Shown one piece after another: positions 45,249 through 54,614 of a stretch of 64,000 nucleotides of DNA; the stretch's first letter is position 1; each line of letters starts with the position of its first letter. The notes below the pieces were generated by a model. The model saw nothing but the letters and a program-made list of their open reading frames with translations. It was not told the origin of the DNA and did no database searches. The position numbers and the translations under genes are program-made. The DNA comes from Myxococcales bacterium (GTDB lineage: Bacteria; Myxococcota_A; UBA9160; SMWR01), in NCBI GenBank assembly GCA_013215605.1, contig JABSQW010000025.1, forward strand, positions 3,978-67,977, read 5' to 3'.

Positions 45249-46112
45249 CTACTTCCCGAACACAGCGTGCCCACCATCGGGCATCGCGGGCCGCTTGGCG
45301 TCGAGGATGCCCTGCATGCGCTGCTCGACCGCCAGGCGCACGTTCTCGTGGGTGTGGATGTAGAACGTCCCGTCGAGAATGGATTCATGCACGCGAGCGG
45401 CCACCTGCTCGGCGGGCATGCTGGACAAGACCAGCGACTTGAACATTTCACGGGTCTTTCGCCTCTTCTCGGACGACTCGTCGGTCCCCGTGGCGGCCAA
45501 CTCGTCGGGACGGTTGCGCTCCGACTCCCAGATGCGTGTGTTGACGTGCCCGGGGCACAGCACAGAGACCCCGACCTCGCTGCCCAGGGCCGCCAACTCG
45601 TGGTGAAGTGTCTCGGAGAGCGTGACCACCCCGTGCTTCGTGACGTTGTAGGGTCCCATTCCGGGGACGGAGACCAGACCCGCCATGGACGCGGTGTTCA
45701 CGATGTGCCCTTCGTTCTGGGCGATCATGTGCTTGGTGAACACCCGCACGCCGTGAATCACTCCCCATAGATTGGGGCGCATGGCGAATTCCCAGTCTTC
45801 GGTCGTCAGCTTCCACATGGGCCCACCCGATCCCACGCCGGCGTTGTTGCAGACCACGTGCACCGCGCCGAAGCGCTCGAGGCTAGCCGCGGCAAGGGCG
45901 TCCATCTCATTGGCATCGGACACGTCGAGCTGCTGAGCCAGGACCTCTACCCCGGCGGCCTCGAAGGCCTTCGTCGCTTCAGCCAGCGGGCCGGCCTCGA
46001 CGTCGACCAACACGAGCTTCATTCCCTCTCTTGCGAAGCGGGTGGCCATGGCATGACCGATCCCGCTGGCGCCGCCAGTCACGACGGCCACCTTTCCGGC
46101 CAGATCCTGCAT
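45249..46112 (-). CDS. Short-chain dehydrogenase/reductase (SDR)
   Basis: VAVVTGGASGIGHAMA, NNAGVGSGG and YNVTK. Close paralogue of 9187-10101. Confidence 0.85.
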   Translation of the reverse strand: MQDLAGKVAVVTGGASGIGHAMATRFAREGMKLVLVDVEAGPLAEATKAFEAAGVEVLAQQLDVSDANEMDALAAASLERFGAVHVVCNNAGVGSGGPMWKLTTEDWEFAMRPNLWGVIHGVRVFTKHMIAQNEGHIVNTASMAGLVSVPGMGPYNVTKHGVVTLSETLHHELAALGSEVGVSVLCPGHVNTRIWESERNRPDELAATGTDESSEKRRKTREMFKSLVLSSMPAEQVAARVHESILDGTFYIHTHENVRLAVEQRMQGILDAKRPAMPDGGHAVFGK

Positions 46113-46263
46113 CAGAAAACTCCTCCTCGAGTGTGCGCTGGACGGGCGCTACGCGGTGCTCACTGCTGGAAGCAGATTGCGGCGACAACGAGAACCGCCA
46201 ACGCGATTCGATCGAAACGGGACATGGGGTAGCCGGCCTGTCCTTTCAGGGAGAGCCTCTCCA

Positions 46264-49218
46264 TCACTCGAGCAACGCGAGCAGGTCCTCGCGCGTCACC
46301 CTCGCCGACTCGTCGCTCGTTCCGAGCGCGGCGTCGGCGAGCTTGCGCTTGCGCTGCTGTAGCTCCAGGATTCGCTCCTCGACCGTATTCTGCGTCACCA
46401 GGCGGATGATGGTGACGGGTTTGTCCTGACCGATGCGGTGGGCGCGGTCGGCCGCTTGATCCTCGGCTGCCGGATTCCACCACGGGTCGAGGATGTAGAC
46501 GGTGTCGGCCTCCGTGAGGTTCAAGCCGACGCCGCCGGCCTTGAGCGACGCCAGCAGCACGGGCGGACCCGCAGGGTCCTGGAAGCGCTCGACGACGGCG
46601 CCGCGGTCGCGGGTCGATCCGTCGAGACGCGTGAAGGGGATGTGGTCGGCGTCGAGGTGCGGCTCGACGAGGTCGAGGAGCGACGTCCACTGCGAGAACA
46701 CGAGGGCTTTGTGGCCGTCGGCGACGCTCTCGTCGAGCCGTTCGCAGAGGAGGTCGACTTTCGAGGAGGCGTTCGCGTGCTGTCCGGGGATGAGTCCCGA
46801 GTGACACGCCGCCTGGCGCAGCCGCAGCAACGCCTCGAGCACGGCCATCACCGGCGCGTTTCCGCCGAGCTTCTCCACGACGTCGCGTCGCGTGGCGGCG
46901 CGTATGGCGTCGTAGACCGCGCGCTCCTCGTCGGAGAGGGCGGGGTGCAGGACGACCTCGGTGCGCGGCGGGAGCTCCGGCGCGACGTCGCGCTTCAGCC
47001 GCCTCAGCACGAACGGTCGGATCCGGCGGCGCAGGCGTTCGGCTGCGCCCTCTTCGCCGCGCTCGATCGGTCGCGAGCAGCGCTCATCGAAGTTGCTGCG
47101 GCCGCCGAGGAGTCCGGGGTTCGCGAAGTGGAGCTGACTCCACAGCTCGTCGAGGCGATTCTCGACTGGCGTGCCCGTCAGGGTGAGGCGGAAATCCGCC
47201 TTCAGGCGGAACGCTGCCCGCGCCACCTGGCTCGTGGGGTTCTTGATCGCCTGCGCCTCGTCGAGCACGACGGTGTCCCACGCGACCTCGGCGAGAGCGT
47301 CGGCGTCGAGCCGGAGGATCGCGTAGGTCGTGAGCGTCAGGTCGGCGTCAGCGTCGAGCGTGCGCATCGGACCGTGGTACACACACGTGCTCAGACGCGG
47401 TCTGAAGCGAGACGTCTCGAGCGACCAGTTGGTCAGGACGCTGGTGGGCGCCACCACGAGCGTGCGGCCGCGCAGCGCGCAAAGCGCCTGGAGGGTCTTG
47501 CCGAGGCCCATGTCGTCGGCGAGGAGTGCGCCGAGCCCCGCTTCCCTGAGCACGCAGAGCCAGTCGACACCGGTTCGCTGGTAGCTGCGTAGCTCGGCCG
47601 CGAGGTCGTCCGGGAGCTCCGCGCGCGGGAGGTCATCGCCGTCGCCAAGGGCGCTGCGCAGCGCGGTGAAGCCCGGCGGCTCGGGCTGATCGAGCTCGGC
47701 GGCGAGCTTCGCGAGATCCGGGAGCAGCACCTTCGGAACCGCGCCGTCGTCGTCGCGTGCCGCGAGGAGGTCGGCCACGTTGTGGCCGAAGCGCTCGAGC
47801 CAGTCGGTCGGCAGCGGGGCGAAGCCGCCGTCGATCAGGGGGACGAGGGCGCTGTGGTTGCGCCACGCTCGCATCACCTGGGCGGGATCTGCGCGTCTTC
47901 CCCCGCGCCGTGGTGAACTTGCGCCAGCGTCCGCCTCCCCGTCGTCGAGCGGCGAATCGAAGTCGAGGGAGAAGCCGTCGCCGCGGATGCGCAGATGGGG
48001 GACGAGCTCGGGCGCGCGGAAGAACGCCTCGTGGGCGGTGCCGCGCACGTCCTCGCCGAACGACGCGAGTCTCTCGGCGACCTCGATCGCCTCCTCACCG
48101 CGCAGCTCGATGCGGTGGCCGGGCTTGAGGCGCAGCTCGTTCTGCAGTCTCCGCGACAGGCGCTCCTCGGCGTCGCGATCGCGCAGCGGAACGGCAGCGC
48201 CAAAGGAAACGAGGCGCCCCGCGTCGACCCGCGCCACAGCGGGGGAGCCGTACACGATGGTGGGGAAGATCGTGAGCGCGTCGCCCGCGCGCCCCACCTC
48301 GACTGCGATGCGCGGGCGCTCCCTCACCGTGCCCGGCAGTCGCGTGGTCTGTACGTCGATGGGGAGGCGTCCCTCGAGCGACGGGAGCAGCTCGGTCACC
48401 AGCTCGGCGGCATCGCCGGGTGCGAAGTAGCGACCGCGCCGCAGTGATTCGAGCTCGCGTCCGAGGAGACCGGCCTGGCCAATGGGACACAGGGTGTCGC
48501 CGCGGAGGGCCACGCCGTCGCTGAACGTCTCGACCACCTCGGGATCGCGACCGACGAACACGCGGAAGCCCTCGTCGGCGTCGACGACGCGCGCACGCAG
48601 ACCCACCGGCTGACTCGAAGTGCGCACGGCCTCGCCGTCGAGCCTTACGTCCGTGGCGTCGGCGATGGCTTCGAGAAGACGCGGCAACAGCCCGCGAGGC
48701 AGCGCGCCGCTGCGCGCCGCGACGATGCTCTCCGCCGTTGTATCGGCGCGCGTGGCCACGAAGCTGGGACCCTCGACGCGGCCCGAGGTGATCGCCGACA
48801 GCGTCGTGCGCAGCGGCACCTCAGCGCCGTCGGTCACGATCACACGGGCGAAGTGCAGCGCGCCGCCGCTGCGGGTGAAGCGGTAGCCGATGCGCCCAGC
48901 CGTGCTCTTTGCAGCGTCGAGACTCCTGCCCTGCTTGACCGCGCGTCGCAGGGCGATGACGGCGCCCGCGGTGTGATCGCACACGTTCTCGCGGCTCGAG
49001 CAGTCGCAGTCCCAGTCTTCGTCGTCGGGGCGCAGGTTGACGCTCGGGCAGACGAGGCCGCCGCGGGTGGAGACGCGCAGCTGGATCTCGCCGTCCTGCT
49101 CGCCCTCGCTGTGGATCGCATCGGCGCGCACGAGCTCGACGCCGCGGGACCACATCGCGATGGAGCACGACTCTCGGATCGCGTCGAACAGCGCCTGGAC
49201 GGATTCGAGGTCGGCCAC
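46264..49218 (-). CDS. SNF2-family helicase/translocase with an N-terminal SWIM zinc finger
   Basis: SWIM CDCSSRENVCDHTAG. Helicase motifs LADDMGLGKTLQ, VVLDEAQAIKN and NPAAEDQAADRAHRIGQ. 984 aa with a GTG start, 9 nt after the meaB stop. Confidence 0.85.
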   Translation of the reverse strand: MADLESVQALFDAIRESCSIAMWSRGVELVRADAIHSEGEQDGEIQLRVSTRGGLVCPSVNLRPDDEDWDCDCSSRENVCDHTAGAVIALRRAVKQGRSLDAAKSTAGRIGYRFTRSGGALHFARVIVTDGAEVPLRTTLSAITSGRVEGPSFVATRADTTAESIVAARSGALPRGLLPRLLEAIADATDVRLDGEAVRTSSQPVGLRARVVDADEGFRVFVGRDPEVVETFSDGVALRGDTLCPIGQAGLLGRELESLRRGRYFAPGDAAELVTELLPSLEGRLPIDVQTTRLPGTVRERPRIAVEVGRAGDALTIFPTIVYGSPAVARVDAGRLVSFGAAVPLRDRDAEERLSRRLQNELRLKPGHRIELRGEEAIEVAERLASFGEDVRGTAHEAFFRAPELVPHLRIRGDGFSLDFDSPLDDGEADAGASSPRRGGRRADPAQVMRAWRNHSALVPLIDGGFAPLPTDWLERFGHNVADLLAARDDDGAVPKVLLPDLAKLAAELDQPEPPGFTALRSALGDGDDLPRAELPDDLAAELRSYQRTGVDWLCVLREAGLGALLADDMGLGKTLQALCALRGRTLVVAPTSVLTNWSLETSRFRPRLSTCVYHGPMRTLDADADLTLTTYAILRLDADALAEVAWDTVVLDEAQAIKNPTSQVARAAFRLKADFRLTLTGTPVENRLDELWSQLHFANPGLLGGRSNFDERCSRPIERGEEGAAERLRRRIRPFVLRRLKRDVAPELPPRTEVVLHPALSDEERAVYDAIRAATRRDVVEKLGGNAPVMAVLEALLRLRQAACHSGLIPGQHANASSKVDLLCERLDESVADGHKALVFSQWTSLLDLVEPHLDADHIPFTRLDGSTRDRGAVVERFQDPAGPPVLLASLKAGGVGLNLTEADTVYILDPWWNPAAEDQAADRAHRIGQDKPVTIIRLVTQNTVEERILELQQRKRKLADAALGTSDESARVTREDLLALLE

Positions 49219-49227
49219 GCCAGCGCT

Positions 49228-50112
49228 TCACTTGCCGAGGGCGAGCTCGATCTCGCGACCGAGGTGCGCCACCTGGCCGAAGGGGGAGCGCGCGGGAGAG
49301 CGCGAGAGACGTTCGCGCACGGCCTTCGCGCCGCCGAGCTGCTCCACGCCGAAGCTCCCATAACGCCGCTCGAGGGCGGCGAGAACGTACGCCTCGCGCC
49401 CGTTGTGGCGGTGCTTCTCGAGCTCGCCGCTGCTGGCGAACGCGGCGCGGTGGCTGTCCAGGGCGTCGACGAGCTCTGCGACGCCGACAGCGTCCCGCGC
49501 CGACGTGAGGAGCACGGGGCGCTCGCGTTCGCCTTGCTCGCGTTCGGCGAGGCCGAGGCCGCTCGACAGCTCGCTGGCGGCGCGTTCGGCCAGGGCGCCG
49601 ATGTCGGACTTGTTGACCACGAAGATGTCCGGGCGCTCGAGGATGCCCGCCTTCATGAACTGCAGCGTGTCTCCGGCGCCGGGGTTTGCGACGAACACCA
49701 GCGTGTCGACGAGCCCCGCGACATCTCCTTCGGATTGACCGATGCCCACGGTCTCGACGAACACGTAGTCGAAGACCGCCCCCATGATGCTGACCGCGGC
49801 GTACGTCGCTTCAGCGAGGCCACCCAGGCGATCCCGCGCGGCCATCGAGCGGATGAACACGCCGGCGTCGGTGCTACCGGCGCGCATGCGGATGCGATCA
49901 CCGAGGAGCGCGCCACCGCTCTTGTGGCTCGAAGGGTCGACCGCGGCGATGGCCACGCTGTCGCCGCGGGCGCGCAGGGTGCGCACCATCGCATCGATGA
50001 GCGTCGACTTGCCGACTCCGGGTGCGCCGGTGAGACCGATGCGCGCGGCGCCGGGGAAGGGCTCCGTGCGGTCGAGGTCGTCGAGGAGGGCGAGTGCTTC
50101 GGCGCGGCGCAC
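49228..50112 (-). CDS. meaB: Methylmalonyl-CoA-mutase-associated G-protein chaperone (MeaB/ArgK)
   Basis: GAPGVGKSTLIDAM (P-loop) and VVNKSD (NKxD). Coordinates use the first canonical start (GTG 50112), but homology continues about 32 codons upstream (see findings). Confidence 0.85.
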   Translation of the reverse strand: MRRAEALALLDDLDRTEPFPGAARIGLTGAPGVGKSTLIDAMVRTLRARGDSVAIAAVDPSSHKSGGALLGDRIRMRAGSTDAGVFIRSMAARDRLGGLAEATYAAVSIMGAVFDYVFVETVGIGQSEGDVAGLVDTLVFVANPGAGDTLQFMKAGILERPDIFVVNKSDIGALAERAASELSSGLGLAEREQGERERPVLLTSARDAVGVAELVDALDSHRAAFASSGELEKHRHNGREAYVLAALERRYGSFGVEQLGGAKAVRERLSRSPARSPFGQVAHLGREIELALGK

Positions 50113-50197
50113 GGGACGCCGATCGTCGGCCAGATTGAGGGCGAGAGGGACCGCGGCGCGATCTCCGGCTCGCAGGCGTTCTGCGAGATCGCGCGGA

Positions 50198-52177
50198 TCA
50201 GGAGGCAGTGTGACTCTCCGAGACCAGATCGACGATCTCTCCCATGATCCTCGTGAGATCGAAGTCCTTCGGTGTGTACACGCGTTTGACGCCCGCGTTG
50301 CGCAGACGCCCGGCGTCCTCCTCGGGAATGATCCCGCCGATCACCACGGGCAGCTCCTCGCCGGCTTTCTTCAGACGGTCGAGGACGTCGAGCACGAGCA
50401 CTTCGTGCGAGCCCGAGAGGATCGACAGGCCGATGGCGTGGACGCCCTCGTCGAGGGCGGACCGCACGATCTCCTCCGGCGTGAGCCGGATGCCCTCGTA
50501 CACCACCTCCATGCCGACGTCGCGGGCTTTCACGGCGATCTGCTCGGCGCCATTGCTGTGTCCGTCGAGACCGGGTTTTCCGACGAGCAGTTTGAGCGGT
50601 CGACCGAGCTGCTGGCGGATGGCCTGCACGCGTTCGAGGACGTCCGACCCGTCTGGCGCGGTCGCGACTTCGCGCCGCGGCGCGACGCCCGTGGGCGCTC
50701 GGTACTCGCCGAAGAGCTGGCGCAGCGTATCGGTCCACTCACCGGTGGTGACTCCCGCGTGGGCGGCGCGGATCGATGACGGCATCACGTTGCTGCCGTT
50801 GGCGATCTCGTCGCGCAGTCCCCGAAGGGCGGAGCTGACCTCGCCAGCGTTGCGCCGGTTGCGGAACGCGACGAGCCGTTCGATCTGTTCGCGCTCGGCG
50901 GACTCGTCCACCTTCAGGATCGCGCGGTCGCCCTGGGCGGTCAGGGGTGACGGCTCCGTCTCGGTGAAGTCGTTCACGCCCACCACCACCCGGTTGCCGG
51001 ACTCGATGTCAGCGGTGCGCTGCGTCTGTGCCTCGACCATTCGCTGCTTCATGTACGCGTTCTCGACGGCCATCACGGCGCCGCCCATCTCGAGCACGTG
51101 ATGCAGCTCTTCGCGCGCCGCATCGCGGAGGTCGGCCGTTTTCGCCTCTACCACGTGCGAACCGTCGAAGAGGTCACCGTATTCGAGCAGATCCGTCTCG
51201 TAGGCGAGCACCTGTTGGATGCGCAGCGACCACTGCTGGTCCCAGGGCCGCGGCAGTCCGAGGGCTTCGTTCCACGCCGGCAGCTGCAGCGCGCGGCAGC
51301 GCGCCCGCTTCGAGAGCGTGACTCCCAACGCCTCGAGAACGATGCGGATGACGTTGTTCTCGGGTTGCGCTTCGGTCAGGCCCAGGCTGTTGACCTGCAC
51401 GCCGTAGCGGAAGCGGCGGAGCTTCTCCTCGGTGACGCCGTAGCGCTCGCGCGTGATCTCGTCCCAGAGGTCGGCCATCGCGCGAACCTTGCAGACTTCC
51501 TCCACGAAGCGGATGCCCGCGTTCAGGAAGAAGGAGATGCGCCCCACGATGCGTGGGATCGACTCGTCGGAGACGTCGCTGCGGTCGCGCACGCTGTCCA
51601 GGACCGAGACGGCCGTGGCCAGGGCGAAGGCGATCTCCTGTACCGGCGTCGCTCCCGCTTCCTGCAGGTGATACGAACAAATGTTCGTCGGATTCCACTT
51701 GGGGATCGCGTCGACGCTGTAGGCCACCATGTCGCTGATCAGCCGCATCGAGGGCTCGGGGGGAAACACGTACGTGCCGCGCGAGAGGTATTCCTTGATG
51801 AGATCGTTCTGCGTCGTGCCCTGCAGCGCCGAAGGCGCGACACCGCTTCGCTCGGCTACCGCGATGTACAGCGCGAGCAGCCAGGCCGCGGTGGAATTGA
51901 TCGTCATCGACGTGTTCATGCGGTCGAGGGGGATCCCCTCGAACAGGGTGGTCATGTCGTCGACGTGCCCAATGGGCACACCCACCTTGCCGACCTCGCC
52001 ACGCGCGAGGGGGTGATCCGAGTCGTACCCCGTCTGCGTGGGAAGGTCGAAGGCCACCGACAGCCCGGTCTGTCCCTTGGCGAGGTTCTTCCGGTACAGC
52101 TCATTGCTGGCCTGCGCCGAGGAGTGGCCGGAGTAGGTTCGGAAGACCCAGGGTCGATGGCGGATGGGTTCAGACAT
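50198..52177 (-). CDS. Adenosylcobalamin-dependent acyl-CoA mutase, single-chain, ethylmalonyl-CoA mutase (MeaA/Ecm)-like
   Basis: RPWVFRTYSGHSSAQASNELYRKNLAKGQTGLSVAFDLPTQTGYDSDHP (Ecm/Icm-type N-terminus as I remember it). C-terminal B12 domain with GLDGHSNG (DxHxxG). 659 aa. Confidence 0.8.
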   Translation of the reverse strand: MSEPIRHRPWVFRTYSGHSSAQASNELYRKNLAKGQTGLSVAFDLPTQTGYDSDHPLARGEVGKVGVPIGHVDDMTTLFEGIPLDRMNTSMTINSTAAWLLALYIAVAERSGVAPSALQGTTQNDLIKEYLSRGTYVFPPEPSMRLISDMVAYSVDAIPKWNPTNICSYHLQEAGATPVQEIAFALATAVSVLDSVRDRSDVSDESIPRIVGRISFFLNAGIRFVEEVCKVRAMADLWDEITRERYGVTEEKLRRFRYGVQVNSLGLTEAQPENNVIRIVLEALGVTLSKRARCRALQLPAWNEALGLPRPWDQQWSLRIQQVLAYETDLLEYGDLFDGSHVVEAKTADLRDAAREELHHVLEMGGAVMAVENAYMKQRMVEAQTQRTADIESGNRVVVGVNDFTETEPSPLTAQGDRAILKVDESAEREQIERLVAFRNRRNAGEVSSALRGLRDEIANGSNVMPSSIRAAHAGVTTGEWTDTLRQLFGEYRAPTGVAPRREVATAPDGSDVLERVQAIRQQLGRPLKLLVGKPGLDGHSNGAEQIAVKARDVGMEVVYEGIRLTPEEIVRSALDEGVHAIGLSILSGSHEVLVLDVLDRLKKAGEELPVVIGGIIPEEDAGRLRNAGVKRVYTPKDFDLTRIMGEIVDLVSESHTAS

Positions 52178-52276
52178 CTGGAATCACTCGCAAGTACTTG
52201 AGAAGGCTAACGAAACGCCCTGTTTCGGGCAACGAGGAGTGAACTTTCGACCGCACCGATCGAGTAGAATCGACGC

Positions 52277-53329
52277 ATGTCGGACTCGGAATTCTTCTTC
52301 GAACTCACCCCAGATCGCGTCCTTCGCGCGGTCGAGGCGGGTGGCTACGAGCCATCGGGGCACTGTACTCCACTGACATGCCTCGAGAATCGGGTCTACG
52401 ACATCCGGCTGGAGAATTCGTCCCACGTGGTCGTCAAATTCTATCGGCCGAACCGCTGGACCCGTGAGGCGATCCTCGAGGAGCACCAGTTCCTGGTCGA
52501 CCTGCGCGAGGCCGAGATTCCGGTCTGCGCTCCGGAACCCTTTTCGGATGGCGAGACCCTCCACGAGACCGGCGGGATCTACTACGCCGTGTGGCCCCGG
52601 ACTGGAGGGCGCTCCCCCGACGAATTCAGTGATGAGGAGATCGCCGTCCTCGGGCGCCTGCTCGCTCGAATCCACAACACCGGCGACACCCGGGTGGCCG
52701 ATCACCGGCTGTTCCTCGATGTGTCGACCGCCGCTCACACCCCCCTCGACTTTCTCGAGGAGAGTGGCTTCCTGCCCCCCGAGTGCACGCGCCGATACCG
52801 CGACGCCGTCGAGCGCGTCGCGGAGTTGTACGAGGCGTGGGTGCGCGACGTCCCGTTCCACCGCATTCACGGCGACTGCCACCTCGGGAATCTCTTGCGC
52901 GGCGACGCGGGCTGGTTCTTCCTGGATTTCGACGACTTCGTGACGGGCCCCGCCGTACAGGACGTCTGGATGCTGCTGCCCGGTCGCGATGCCGAGGGTG
53001 CGCGCCAGCGCGGACTCCTGGTCGATGCCTATCGCCAGTTTCGTGACTTCGACGAGAGCTGGCTGCGCCTGATCGAGCCCCTTCGCGCCTTCCGCTTCGT
53101 GTTCTACGCGGCCTGGATCGCGCGGCGCTGGGAGGACCCGGCGTTTCCGGCGGCGTTCCCACACTTCGGCACCCCGACGTACTGGGAGAACGAAACCCGC
53201 GACCTCGAAGAGCATGTCGAGCGGCTGCTGCGCGGGGCTGGAGCCGTCCCCGGCAGGGCGAGGTCAGAGGGCCGCTCGGAGTCGCCGGAAGACGAACTCA
53301 CGAACGAGGACTTTTTCTGGGACCTGTGA
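52277..53329 (+). CDS. srkA: Stress-response Ser/Thr kinase SrkA/RdoA (YihE) family
   Basis: [16 protein letters not shown].., catalytic loop [11 protein letters not shown] and FLDFDD. Confidence 0.85.
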   Translation: MSDSEFFFELTPDRVLRAVEAGGYEPSGHCTPLTCLENRVYDIRLENSSHVVVKFYRPNRWTREAILEEHQFLVDLREAEIPVCAPEPFSDGETLHETGGIYYAVWPRTGGRSPDEFSDEEIAVLGRLLARIHNTGDTRVADHRLFLDVSTAAHTPLDFLEESGFLPPECTRRYRDAVERVAELYEAWVRDVPFHRIHGDCHLGNLLRGDAGWFFLDFDDFVTGPAVQDVWMLLPGRDAEGARQRGLLVDAYRQFRDFDESWLRLIEPLRAFRFVFYAAWIARRWEDPAFPAAFPHFGTPTYWENETRDLEEHVERLLRGAGAVPGRARSEGRSESPEDELTNEDFFWDL

Positions 53330-53535
53330 GCGGTGTCGAACGCAGCGGGTCCGTGGACACCGCTCCCGCGCAGCGATTCGGGGATCCAGGGCGGTTCGCC
53401 TGCGGATCCTCCGCCGCGCAAGCGCCCAGCGCCCGCCCGAGTGCGCAGAAGGACCCGACGGGACCCCTGCGGAATCGGCGGTTTCCAGCCCAGGGGGGGG
53501 TGGTCCCGGGGCGCGTCACGGCGGTAGAGTCTGTC

Positions 53536-54510
53536 ATGGTCGATTCCTCCGTGCCCCTCCGCAGCGGTCCGGGCGCCCACGATCTCCCCGACGATCTCGA
53601 GGGGGCGATCCGCGAGCTCAAGCGCGAGCGCAACGCCGTTCTGCTCGCCCATTACTACCAGGACTCCGAGGTTCAGGACCTGGCGGACTTCGTCGGTGAC
53701 TCGCTGGCTCTCGCCCGGGCCGCACAGAACGTCGACCAGGACGTCATCGCCTTTTGCGGCGTCCACTTCATGGCCGAGACGGCGAAGATCCTCAATCCCG
53801 ATTGCACCGTGGTGGTCCCCGATCTCGAGGCGGGCTGCTCCCTGGCGGACGGCTGTCCCACCGAAGCCTTCCGAGAGTTCGTGGAGGCCCACCCCGGAGC
53901 GGCCGTGCTGACGTACATCAACAGCACCGCCGAAATCAAAGCGATGAGCGACCTCATCTGCACGTCGTCGAATGCGCCAAAGATGGCGGCGCAGTTCGAG
54001 GGTCAGCCGCTCATCTTCGCCCCCGATCGCCACCTCGCGCGCTGGGTCGCGCAGCGCTCGAACCGCCCCGACATGATCGCGTGGCAGGCGACGTGCATCG
54101 TTCACGAGCAGTTCAGCGCGAAGCGGCTCGCAAAGCTCAAGATGAAGCACCCCGACGCGGAAGTGCTCGCGCATCCCGAGTGCGACGAAGCGGTGCTCGA
54201 CCAGGCCGACTTCATCGCGTCCACCACAGGCATCATCCAGCAGGCGATCGACAGCAAGTCGTCGACGCTGATCATCGCGACCGAAGACGGCGTGTTTCAC
54301 CAGATCGGGCAGCGCGCCCCGGACAAGACGCTCATCCAGGCTCCCGGCATGGACGAGAGCTGTGCGTGCAACCAGTGTCCATTCATGCGGCTCAACACGC
54401 TCGAGAAGCTCTACCTCTGCCTGCGCGATCTCTCTCCCGAGGTCAGCATCGAGGAGGGCCTGCGCGTCGAGGCGTTGCGGCCGATCGAGAGGATGCTCGC
54501 GCTCTCATAG
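53536..54510 (+). CDS. nadA: Quinolinate synthase
   Basis: [38 protein letters not shown] and conserved Cys residues. ATG 53536 was chosen; the alternative GTG 53326 adds a low-complexity 70 aa. Confidence 0.88.
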   Translation: MVDSSVPLRSGPGAHDLPDDLEGAIRELKRERNAVLLAHYYQDSEVQDLADFVGDSLALARAAQNVDQDVIAFCGVHFMAETAKILNPDCTVVVPDLEAGCSLADGCPTEAFREFVEAHPGAAVLTYINSTAEIKAMSDLICTSSNAPKMAAQFEGQPLIFAPDRHLARWVAQRSNRPDMIAWQATCIVHEQFSAKRLAKLKMKHPDAEVLAHPECDEAVLDQADFIASTTGIIQQAIDSKSSTLIIATEDGVFHQIGQRAPDKTLIQAPGMDESCACNQCPFMRLNTLEKLYLCLRDLSPEVSIEEGLRVEALRPIERMLALS

Positions 54511-54614
54511 GGCTGGGATTGGGCGGGCAGAACGCGCCTGCCAGGCTTCGCCCGGTTGCGCCTCGCTGCGCGCGCTCCGCGCTGGCGAGGGTTCGCGTAT
54601 GATCGCAGCCGGAG

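Noticed and set aside
52211-52227. Inverted repeat CGAAAC-N5-GTTTCG in the divergent mutase/srkA promoter region.
   Set aside because: It has only 6-bp arms and could easily arise by chance. Noted but not scored.
53326-53535. Possible NAD+ riboswitch (nadA motif) or an N-terminal extension of nadA from GTG 53326 (GTGA overlap with the srkA stop).
   Set aside because: I could not find the tandem bulged-stem pattern or the conserved CAACA/CCCC-type elements I associate with the nadA motif. The 70-aa extension is low-complexity, with lower third-position GC (about 79% by hand count). ATG 53536 gives a normal NadA N-terminus. Rfam and orthologue alignment could still overturn this.
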